Below, in pieces: positions 51,901-64,000 of a DNA stretch of 64,000 nucleotides. The stretch lies in assembly GCF_006345805.1 (NCBI RefSeq), contig NC_042997.1, positions 82,088,001 through 82,152,000 of the forward strand, written 5' to 3'. The number at the start of each line of letters is the position of its first letter. Positions within the stretch are counted from its first letter, which is position 1. The notes beneath the pieces are model-generated. The model was not told the DNA's origin, did no database searches, and saw nothing but the letters and a program-made list of their open reading frames with translations. Both the position numbers and the translations under genes were made by a program. Source of the stretch: Octopus sinensis (lineage: Eukaryota).

Positions 51901-53656
51901 TAGATAACGACGAATTACCTAATTGTAATCCTTTCCAAAATGCTATTTTCTGATCTTTCTAACATCTGAATAGGCGACTAGAAATGCCTGCTTTGTAAAA
52001 CAATTGTGTGTACTGATTTTATAGTTTAAATTTAGCTTTTCGTTTTTCTAATGTGAAATGTTTCAAATATTGTTTTGGGTATATTTTACTATCGTAATAT
52101 TTTGCCAGAGTGTTTTTCATTATTCTTTTTTTCTCATAACCGAAATATGATATGCTTTTGTTCATTCATGTAACTTTTGTCCTGCGTATTGTATAAAATT
52201 CCATAAGTAAATATGATCTTCACATGAAAAGTCTTATGGGGCTTATACATTATTACATACTTCGGAACTCTTAAAATATTTTCCGTCTATCTTCACAAAA
52301 ATGTATTGTTGATGTCAAAATTTTTAAATATTGTATAATATCTGTTTCTATGAATAAACGATATTTTCCTATATAATTTCTTATTGTTTTCGCTTTATAT
52401 TTCTAATATAAATATATATATATATAAATAACTCGATTAATATCTTTGGAATTTATTAGTAAAAGTCCATACAATTATATGTCTTTCAAAAGTTAGCGAT
52501 GGTATCACAGAATTATATGTGTTGTAGCACCACAATATTTTCAACTTCCTCTTCGACCAAGGAGTAATACATTAATACTTCCTACCCGCAAATCTTAGCT
52601 TGTTTACCTTGGAAGCTGTATGTTTATCTCAACTGCTTCTTCTCTCATTTACATTGATGTCTAGCTGTAAATGATGCCTAGCGATCCCAGTCAATCCAGC
52701 CGATTTCAAACATTTCTTTTCTGGTTTAGATTCGGTATTTTCCTTATTCTATTGTCGGAGGAAACCTGTGCACATAAATTTTGCATACTCTCAAAGATGT
52801 TCAGATTGATGCAACAGTTGCTCACTTTGAATTTCTCTATGCCGGCGGCTATGGGGAATAGTAGTAAATCGACTATGAATCTCTACGTAATCTTAAAACT
52901 TATCGGAAATAGCAGAGAAAACCAGAAATTTTGGTTTGGGTCACCAGTTATATTGGCTGGAAGTAATAAGCAGATTGCTTGTTAAGGAAACAAAAGTTAT
53001 TATACAACAGTAGAGGGGGGAAAGGAAAGAGTTAGTGTCTCTGACAAATAGTGTACTGGTGAGTAAGTTATTGCTAAAGAGATGTAGACTACGGTGGTCT
53101 ATGTGTAGCAATATTTCTAACTCAATATTGTGAGTCACACTTGAGTGCACAACTATCATGCCCGAAAAGCTTTGTGGAACCAGAGTAGAGTGAATAAATA
53201 AATACATATATGATGTATAATTATGTGTATACACGCACACACGCACACACCCACACACACATATATATATATATATATTTGTATATATGAAGGATGAGTA
53301 GAGATGGCTTTTTGGAGTATAATTTTTATTTTAGTAATAATGTTTAGAGTGAATTACTCTGTAATGAATTTCAAGCTTAACACAGCCGTTTTCAAAATAA
53401 AAAATGTTTTACTAGTTGCTTAAATAGCAAAAAAATTTAAATAGCAAAATATATACATTTAAAAAAGCATGTGAAGAAGAAGAAGAAGAAGAAGAAGAAG
53501 AAGAAAGAAGAAGAAGAAGAAGAAGATGATGAAGAGAGAAGAAGAAGAAGAAGAAGAAGAAGAAGAAGAGAAGAAGAAGAAGAAGAAGAAGAAGAAGAAG
53601 AAGAGAAGAAGAAGAAGAAGAAGAAGAAGAAGAAGAAGAAGAAGAAGAAGAAGAAG

Positions 53657-53687
<31 letters not shown>

Positions 53688-53947
53688 GGGAGACAGAGAG
53701 AAAAATATATTGTAGGAAACAAAATTCGACATACCGAGAAAGTAAAAAGATATTGTATTTGAAATACATATTACTGACTCGCAGGAAAGTGTCATCACCT
53801 ATTCTGCAAGAAACCTAAGAGAATATGTACATATATATATATATATTTATATATATATATATGTAGGTCCCGGGTTGAGTCGGGGTTAACCACAGTAAAT
53901 AAGGTACTCAATACATGGCAGAGTAAATTAATTTATTTTATAGAAGG

Positions 53948-53998
53948 AGCTTCTACAGGACTAGAACTGTTTCATTCAAATGAAATCATCAGGAAGCT
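53948..53998 (-). ncRNA. Type I hammerhead motif (duplicate of 30337-30387)
   Basis: Identical sequence. Confidence 0.72.
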
Positions 53999-54145
53999 TG
54001 GCGTCAAGAATAGTTTTGGCATTTATACATTTAGGCAGATTTGATGGGGTGGTGGTGGGGGACTTTTTTTGCATATGTATATATTTCTGTATGCGTATGT
54101 GTATTGGTGTATATGTGTATGTATATATGTATATATGTGCGTGTC

Positions 54146-54190
<45 letters not shown>

Positions 54191-54289
54191 ATATGCCTGT
54201 AAACATGTGGACGGTGTATGTATGTATTTGTGTGCGTGTATGTATGTGTGTATGTATATGTATGTGTATGTATGTGTATGTGTGTGTAT

Positions 54290-54321
<32 letters not shown>

Positions 54322-54608
54322 GTGTGTATGGGTATATATATGTATAGGTGTGTGTAGGTATGTATGTGTATGTGTATATGTATGAGTGTATATATATGGA
54401 CTTGTAGTTTTCTTTATATATGTAGATACATATGTGTGCGTGTAGGTGCGTAGATATGCGTATGTGTATGTATTTATATATATGTATGTATATGCATGGA
54501 TATATATAGATGCATGTGTATGTATATGATGGGTGTTAGCATATATGTGTATGTATTGTATGTGTATATATGTATGTATATGTGTGTGTGTGTGTATGTG
54601 TATGTGTA

Positions 54609-54650
<42 letters not shown>

Positions 54651-54655
54651 TATAG

Positions 54656-54692
<37 letters not shown>

Positions 54693-55461
54693 GTATATAT
54701 ATATATATGTATATTATATATATATGTGTGTGTATATATAAGGACTTGTAGATCTCTGTATGTGTATATATGTATGTATATGTGTGTAGATATGTATTTG
54801 TATGTACGTGAACGCATGTGTATGTACGTGCATGTATGTGGATATATGTATGTGTGTAGGTATGTATTTGTAGGTATGCTTTTATGTACACGTGTATGCG
54901 CGCATGTGTGCATATATGTATTTATAAGCATATGCGTGTACATATGCGGGCAGATGTTCATGTGTGTTTATGTGTACTGAAGTACTTTTATATATGTGGT
55001 TTTGTGTGTACTTAGTTATGCATACGTTTATGTGAAAGTGGGTACATTTATGTATGTATGAATATGTGTACCTGCGTGTGTATATGTATGTACATACATA
55101 TATGTATATATATGTATATATGTATATATGCGCCTGTGTAGAGAGGGATACATTCATAAGTATGAGTGGATGATAAGGCAATGAGCGAGAGAACATATGT
55201 GTTTGTGTATGTGTATGAGTGTGAAGGAAGGGAGAGGGGCGGTAAATGGACTTCATTCAGGCCGGCTAGCACCCCGGGAAGCGGCTACTCCAGCGCCACT
55301 AAATGTGTGTCGGCGAGTGGGGAGGTCATATATTACACCTTCTATGACTCTGATGAGGTCAAAATAAAAGTAAAAATAAAAATTAAAATAAAATAAAATA
55401 AGGGAGAAAAAATGTGTGTGTATATATATGTGCATGTATGCGTGTATGTATGTGTATGTAG

Positions 55462-55497
<36 letters not shown>

Positions 55498-55756
55498 ATG
55501 TGTAGGTGTGTATATATGCATGTGTATATGTATATGTGTGTGTGTGTATGGGTGTGTATATTCCTTTTTATATATATATATGTGTAGATATATATATGTG
55601 CGTGTGCCTGCATGTTGGCATGTATGTGTATGTGTATCTGTATATGTATGTGTGTATATGTATATGTGCATAGGTATATAAGTGTGTGTGTATGTGTATG
55701 TGTATCTGTGTGTGTGTGCGTGTATACATATGTATATGTGTATAGATGTGTGTATG

Positions 55757-55807
<51 letters not shown>

Positions 55808-55812
55808 GTATG

Positions 55813-55848
<36 letters not shown>

Positions 55849-55871
55849 ATGTATATATATATACATACATA

Positions 55872-55908
<37 letters not shown>

Positions 55909-56118
55909 TATATATATATATAAGCAATAGTCTTCCTATTTACCTAAAACTCTATTCTATTATTCTATTTATTCATTTATCTACTTTATCACTGATTCTT
56001 TTGACCACTCCCCTAAGAAAGACAGTTTGTGCCCTGCCTACCCCAAAAAAAGTCCCCACCACCACCACCCCATCGAATCTGCCTAAATGTATAAATGCCA
56101 AAACTATTCTTGACGCCA

Positions 56119-56169
56119 AGCTTCCTGATGATTTCATTTGAATGAAACAGTTCTAGTCCTGTAGAAGCT
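56119..56169 (+). ncRNA. Type I hammerhead motif (duplicate of 32513-32563)
   Basis: Identical sequence. Confidence 0.72.
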
Positions 56170-56173
56170 CCTT

Positions 56174-56345
<172 letters not shown>

Positions 56346-58128
56346 TAAAGAAAAAATATCGAATTTAACCAAAAATGGGATATAATAAGAAAGGCACAGC
56401 CTTATAAAAATCGTAGGGATGGATGTGAACTTTGTTCTATGGAGACATATGAAATTTTGAAACAGGAATAATATAAACTTAGTGAATAACTGTTCTGAAC
56501 TAGGAGAATCCTGCATACATTGTGCCACCCGCACTTTTAAGTATTTTAAATAATAGCATTCTGACCATTCCTAAATTTTCAAATCTTAATATTGTGTAAC
56601 CAAATAAAGAATCAATATACCATAGTAGCTTTTATTTAACCTGCATAGATTATTAAGAAACTTTATAATATAAGTAAATTTGAATAAAGTGAAATTAGAA
56701 TTTTTTGATACTCTCCTATATGGGATTACAAAAATTCTATATATCTTGTGAATTTATTTAGTCCATCTTGATTACCTTCCTTCTATTACTTTTTAATATA
56801 TCTTATAGACTCTTGATATATGTGCTAATTGATACGGTTTTCTTCTTTTTTTTAAAGTTAGTAAATATTATGTCAAGCATATTCGTTTAATTTAACTCAT
56901 TAATAAAATAAATCACTATTTACTAACTAACTCATTAATAAAATAAATCACTATTTACTAACTAACTATGTATCTATATTAATAGATATGGATATATTTA
57001 TATATATATACTAGCAGTATCGCCCGGCGTTGCTCGGGTTTGTAAGGGAAATAACTATATAAGCATTTTTAGAGAGTTACTTCCCTTATAAATTCGGGCT
57101 TTCTTAGCCATTTTTATTTTGGTGTCTTAGAGCCATGAAGTCGTTGTTCTAAAAGAACGCTGGTTTCCTTCACAACGCATTACGACGTTGATTTCTTTAC
57201 ACTCCCTTCCCCACAGCTTCACGAGGGAGGGAAGGGGGAGAAGCAAACAGGTGCAGCTGTGAGCGTGGACGCCAACTCCGCCGCCATCGACATACGATGC
57301 ATTTTATGCATTAAAATGGAATAAAAAATGATGTTAAATTATTTTTAAAATCGTAGACTCATCGTTGACGCGCGCTAATAGTCAGACGGGCTCGATATGA
57401 ATCACGACTATAAGATACCCGAATTTGGTTAAACTGCACCGCAAAATGTGGGAGGAGTTAGGAATCTAAATCGAAGGGGACAGACACTCACACAACTAGA
57501 GTTTTATATATATATATATATATATATTTATATAAATATGAAATGATTTCTATATTTTCTATCCCTATATAAGATACTAACATTTATTGGAATGCTTTGG
57601 AAAAACTATCTAAGGGATATTTATTTAAAATTCACAAGCGAAATTATGGCTGTTGAATGGTAAGGGTCATTAGAAATCTCAAGAGCATTAGTAGTCTCTA
57701 TTCTCCCTACCCCACTAGCTTCAGCCTACTAACTTTTGCTAAAATACATTCAAATATGCCTAAGTTAAATTCCTCAAAATGAGGATGGATTTATGGCTTT
57801 GACATTCGTACTACCCCTTCTATCTATAAATAGAAAAATTTCTTGTTTGTCTCCATTGAATTAAATGAAGAAACCCCCTCCCCATTGGTAGATCTAAATA
57901 ACAAAGTGAATCAATGATAAAAATCTACAGATGGGGAAGGTCATTCTACTACCATGTTCTTAATGATGAAATTAACCTCTCTGTTTATATATCAACCCTC
58001 TTTGTAATGTTGGCAAATGAAATAAGTATAAAAATGTACATTGTCCATTTAATTAAAATATTCCATATGTGGCTGAAGATTGCTCGACATTTTGAAACCG
58101 ATATAATACTTACAGTGTTTAATAAAAT

Positions 58129-59269
58129 GAAGTAGCATGAAACGATTGTACAACACTACCTTGGAAAAGGCAAGAGAATACCAAAAGAAGCTGTACATGT
58201 GTTTCATCGATTACTCCAAAGCCTTTGACAGCATTGATCATGACAAGTTATCAAATGTCTGGAGGAAATGGGAACACCTTTACACCTTGTCCAGCTTATT
58301 AGATCACTCTATCAAAACCAAGAGGCTACAGTACGGACACCATATGGCGACACTGATTGGTTTGAGATTGGAAAAGGTACTCGGCAAGGTTGCATCCTTC
58401 AACATGTGCGCTGAAAAGGTCATGAGGAATGCAGGCCTGGAGGATAGCAGCATTGGAGTGATGATTTGAGGAAGAAATATTAATAACCTTCGCTATGCAG
58501 ATGATACAACCCTGCTGGCGGAGAATGGTAAGGATCTGGAGGATCTTGTCCTACTGGTCAAGAAATAGAGTGAGAAATTTGGGCTGTACCTCAATGTTAA
58601 GAAAACGAAGATCATGTCAACAGCAGCCACAACAAACATCAGCATCAAGATCGACAATGAAGAGATCGACGTGGTTGATGATTTCATCTTCCTTGGCTCC
58701 AAAATAAATCGAGATGGTGACTGCACTCCAGAAATAAGACGGCGGATAGTACTAGGCAGAGAGGCAATGGTCAGCATGGGCAGGGTGGGTCTGGAAGAGT
58801 AGAGACATCAGACTCACTACCAAATGCAGATTGGTGAATGCAATTGTCTTCCCAATAGCAACATATAGATGCGAGACCTGGACACTAAAGAAAGCTGACC
58901 AGAAGAGAATTAATGTATTCGAGCTTTGGTGTTGGAGAAGACTTTTACAGATTCCGTGGACAACGAGGCTCACCAATGGAGAAGTTCTTAAGCAGATCAA
59001 CCGAAACTGTCGCTAGAAGCTAGGATCACCAAGCATACATTGACATATTTCGGTCATATTATGCGGGGAAAATCACTGGAGAAGGACATCATGCTCGGAA
59101 TGATCAGTGACAAAAGAGGAAGAGGCCGACCAAGAACCCGCTGGCTTGACACCATCAAGAGTGATACCGGAATGGACATAGCCAATCTGAAAGAAGCGGC
59201 CCAGGATAGAACTTACTAGAGGACACTGATCCAGCGAGTAACCGAGAGTCGACTTCGACTGAGCGGATA
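58129..59269 (+). mobile_element. RTE LINE fragment (duplicate of 34530-35670)
   Basis: Identical ORF set at offset 23599. Confidence 0.9.
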
Positions 59270-59337
59270 GATAGACCTAGGATATCGTTGTTACTTATTT
59301 TGAGTATATATATATATAGATAGATATACATATACAT

Positions 59338-59449
<112 letters not shown>

Positions 59450-59769
59450 TACTGTCCTGTTTTCACTGTCCTGTTTTTGTTACCGGTTTTGATCATCCGC
59501 AAACTCCCAAATTTTATTCAATTTGCTTCGCGGGAGCAACTGCTTTGTCGAAAACGTATCTTGTCATGAATTGCTCGAAATATGAAGTAGAAAAACAGCC
59601 GACAACTGATGAAGGGTCGTATTTTAATGTTACTTACTGTATGGTTAACATTACTGTATGGTTAACACCATATAGTTTTTCTGGTGCATCTAAGTTAAGT
59701 ACCACATTCAAGTAATTTCATTGGAATTTACTTGAATCTTAATTGCTTTAATTGAATTATATATATATA

Positions 59770-59813
<44 letters not shown>

Positions 59814-60140
59814 ATATACATATATGTATATATATATGTGTGTTTCTGTATATATATGAATGTGTATGTATATGTATATATATATATAAAAGTAAAATAT
59901 ATATAAACATATAAATATAAATATATATATATATAATATATATATATATAATATATATTATATATATATAATAATAATTTTAGGGAATGAATCCAAAATT
60001 ACAGGGAAAAATCAGATTTAGGGTTAATCCAATTTTATAGTAAAATTATATTAAAATTTTATGTATTAAGTCTTTCCTTGTTTGGTTTTAAAATAGTGGT
60101 TTTGTCTCGAATTATATGATATATATATATATAATATATA

Positions 60141-60185
<45 letters not shown>

Positions 60186-60372
60186 TATATACATATGTAT
60201 ATATATATATATATAATATTATATATATATATAATATATATATATATAATATATATATATATTATATATATGCATGAATACATATACATGTAAATGTATA
60301 TATACATCTATATATATATATATATACACATGTATATATATACATGTATATATCTATATATATATATATATA

Positions 60373-60463
<91 letters not shown>

Positions 60464-60544
60464 TTCTGTATATATATGAATGTGTATGTATATGTATATA
60501 TATATATAAAAGTAAAATATATATAAACATATAAATATAAATAT

Positions 60545-60587
<43 letters not shown>

Positions 60588-60746
60588 ATAAATTTTAGGG
60601 AATGAATCCAAAATTACAGGGAAAAATCAGATTTAGGGTTAAATCCAATTTTATAGTAAAATTATATTAAAATTTTATGTATTAAGTCTTTCCTTGTTTG
60701 GTTTTAAAATAGTGGTTTTGTCTCGAATTATATGATATATATATAT

Positions 60747-60800
<54 letters not shown>

Positions 60801-60807
60801 TATATAC

Positions 60808-60848
<41 letters not shown>

Positions 60849-60939
60849 GCATGAATACATATACATGTAAATGTATATATACATCTATATATATATACAC
60901 ATGTATATATATACATGTATATATCTATATATACACACA

Positions 60940-60981
<42 letters not shown>

Positions 60982-61120
60982 ATATATATACAGAGAGAGA
61001 GAGAGAGATATAAAACTTACTTGGAAATGGATGCGGAGCGTTCAATCATATAGTAATATAATAAATAATATATAATATATATGCATATACATATATGTAC
61101 ATACTTACATATATATGTAT

Positions 61121-61959
61121 ACTAGCAGAATTGCCCGGCGTTGCTCGGGGCTGAATTGCTTGAAAGTACTGTTAATGATTGCACTGAATTATGATGATTA
61201 TTCAGGCAAATATTGATATAAGTTTACGGTGGGAGATAAGGACTTAACGATCAAACGTGTGCCATTGCATTGTTTTGGGGGAACCAAATTTCTGATGAGC
61301 ATTATAGGGGCACCAACTTTAAGTTTGAGAAAGTGTGGTGGTAGTCCGGGTTGCTCAAAGGAATTGAGTACCTCTATTGGATAGTTGATGACGTCCTCTG
61401 GGTCAGGAGTTGTATCGATAGACTGATATACATAGACTTCCCCAGGAACGAGTTTAGCATTTCATCATTAATATGGTGAACAGTTTTATTCCTCGGGGCC
61501 AGTATAGCCTTTTTGCCAATCCAATCCATATTCTGATAATTAGCTTGTAGATCTGGGAACACTGCATCTCTAAGATCAGAAGGCGTCTTAACAATGGTAC
61601 AAATGGAATCGATGGCAATATTACCATTTTCATCCCCTGGTATTTTGCCTTCGCCAAGTGCAAGGAGGGTGTGAGGAAATGCTGCTGATGTGATATTACG
61701 TCGCATATGAGCACGCATATTGGTGTGAAGTTTGAGAGTTACTTCCCTTTATTAAAAAAAATATGCATTAAAATGGAAAAAAATGATGGTAAATTATTTG
61801 TAAAATCATAGACTCATCGTAGACGCGCGCTAATACCCAGAAGGGCTCGATATGAAACACGACTATAAGATACCCAGTTTTTGGTTAAACTGCATTGCAA
61901 AATGTGGGAGTAGTTAGGAATCTAAATCGGAGTAGACAGACACACAACCTTTCTTTTAT
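61121..61959 (-). mobile_element. Helitron derivative with helicase segment (duplicate of 37522-38360)
   Basis: Identical ORFs at offset 23599. Confidence 0.88.
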
Positions 61960-61971
61960 ATATAAATATTT

Positions 61972-62811
61972 TCGTCCTAAAAAACTTTGTATGGATTGAA
62001 TGGTTACCTCTATGGAAATATATACGCGCACATTATACATACATGTGTGTATAGATGAATATATAAATACATTTAAATATCTATATACACTTTTGGGCGA
62101 TCTTTCTTTTTCTTAGAGATAACTTTAGATCTTATATTCGTCCTAAAAAACTTTGTATGGAGTGAAAGGTTACCTCTATGGAAATATATACACACACATT
62201 ATACATACATCTGTGTATAGATGAATATATAAATACATTTAAATATCTATATACACTTTTGGGCGATCTTTCTTTTTCTTAGAGATAACATTAGATCTTA
62301 TATTCGTCCTAAAAAACTTTGTATGGAGTGAAAGGTTACCTCTATGGAAATATATACACACACATTATAAATACATCTGTGTATAGATGAATATATAAAT
62401 ACATTTAAATATCTATATACAGTTTTGGGCGATCTTTCTTTTTCTTAGAGATAACATTAGATCTTATTTTCGTCCTAAAAAACTTTGTATGGAGTGAATG
62501 GTTACCTCTATGGAAATATATACACACACGTTATACATACATGTGTGCATAGATGAATATATAAATACATTTAAATATCTATATACACTTTTGGGTGATC
62601 TTTCTGCTACTTGTATATACTTTAGATCTTATATTCGTCCTAAAAAACTTTGTATGGAGTGAAAGGTTACCGCTATGGAAATATATACACACACATTATA
62701 CATACATCTGTGTATAGATGAATATATAAATACATTTAAATATCTATATACACTTTTGGGCGATCTTTCTGCTACTTGAATATAGGTCTTATATTCGTCG
62801 TAAAAAACTTT
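61972..62811. repeat. 166-bp minisatellite (duplicate)
   Basis: Same array at offset 23599. Confidence 0.95.
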
Positions 62812-63569
62812 CCTGTCACACACTCACGCACACACACACACACGCATCCTCACACACACACACGCGCACACACACATACACACACACTCACACACACGCA
62901 CACACACACACGTTAGCTTACAATTTTATTTATATATTTGCGTGTCTATGTGTGTAAAGTGGAAGTGGGAATGTAGAGTGAAATAGTCACTCACTACAGA
63001 AAGTGAATTAGTTTCACTTTATTCGTTGCACACTGTGTGTGTGCGTGTGCGTGTGGTGTAAACCACATTAAGAAAAGCATTTGACATACACACCAGAATG
63101 TGAGTTTTCTGGAAAATTTTGCTTAATTGGAGTTTAAATTTTAAAAACTGGACCTGGCATGACCCGATGCATTCTACACTTAAAAATGCTAGGTAAATTG
63201 TAATTGAAGAAATCCTATATTGTAGATTTCTATAACTGACAAAGGGAGGCAGATAAAATCTGCCTTTTATAATAAGAGATATACATGCATATATGGGCAC
63301 AGGACACCACAGAACGTAAACAACATGAAATACGAAATATGAAAATATGGAATACGAATATATATCGTCAAACATATATATATCGTTAGCTACCACACAC
63401 ATTGTTTTCTCTCCTTGATTCTCTCCTTGTTTTTTTTGTGTCCCTTTCTGTAGAAGAGCGTAGGCTCGAAACGTAAAAGACTTTTTCTATTCCTGAGCGT
63501 TATACTAATACATCTGTTTGTTTTGTACACCACCTGTCTTCGTCTTTTGTTTTTTTCGTAAACTCTCCC

Positions 63570-63601
<32 letters not shown>

Positions 63602-63607
63602 ATATAT

Positions 63608-63643
<36 letters not shown>

Positions 63644-63644
<1 letters not shown>

Positions 63645-63889
63645 CACAATCAAGGAACGGCCATAATAGGCCATTCACCCACTAGAAATAACAGCCAAAA
63701 GCTTCAACCGCAAAATAACATCAATTCCGTAAACCAGGAGAAAATTAAAAAACATTTACCCTGTAATTTCTTATACGATGCACCGTTTCATCTACTGTTT
63801 AATGGTAAACTAACCTGATTAAATTAAATCAAGCCAATCTACCCAATCTAGTGGGTGAATGGCCTATTATGGCCGTTCCTTGATTGTGA
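63644..63889. mobile_element. MITE with 43-bp TIRs (duplicate)
   Basis: Same sequence at offset 23599. Confidence 0.88.
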
Positions 63890-64000
63890 TGTGAACTTAG
63901 AAATGGTCTATGACTATTTAATTTTTTCCCACTAGGCCGCTGGTGGCAAAAAAATTCTACAAAATTTTTTGCCACCCTATATTGATTAATATATATATAT

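Overview
Eukaryotic, gene-poor, very microsatellite-rich genomic DNA. The SINE families and repeat landscape resemble cephalopod (Octopus-type) sequence; this is recognised from memory, not from a database search. Most of the window is transposon debris: CR1/L2-like LINE pieces, a nearly full-ORF decayed Penelope-like element, mariner derivatives, Helitron fragments, two R4/Dong-like elements, RTE fragments, tRNA-derived SINEs, and one young full-length Tx1/L1-clade element with a 20-bp TSD. The only host-type coding sequence is one exon with four chitin-binding (CBM14/peritrophin-A-like) Cys repeats. Repeat 1 carries a 41-nt frameshifting deletion and repeat 4 lies behind a stop, so the ORF-track protein is misleading. 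Bases 49043-64000, after a 100-N gap, are a near-identical second copy of 25435-40401, probably a false (assembly) duplication. The most interesting signal is a set of self-cleaving-ribozyme-like motifs: (i) a minimal type I hammerhead in a ~352-bp retrozyme-like unit with 118-bp direct repeats, into which the Tx1 element inserted immediately upstream of the ribozyme; (ii) a complete type I hammerhead in both arms of a ~133-bp inverted repeat bracketing 2 kb of microsatellite; (iii) ultra-minimal hammerhead-like motifs in a Penelope-associated repeat; (iv) a degenerate HDV-like fold upstream of a Dong element. All folds were checked by eye only and none is shown to cleave.
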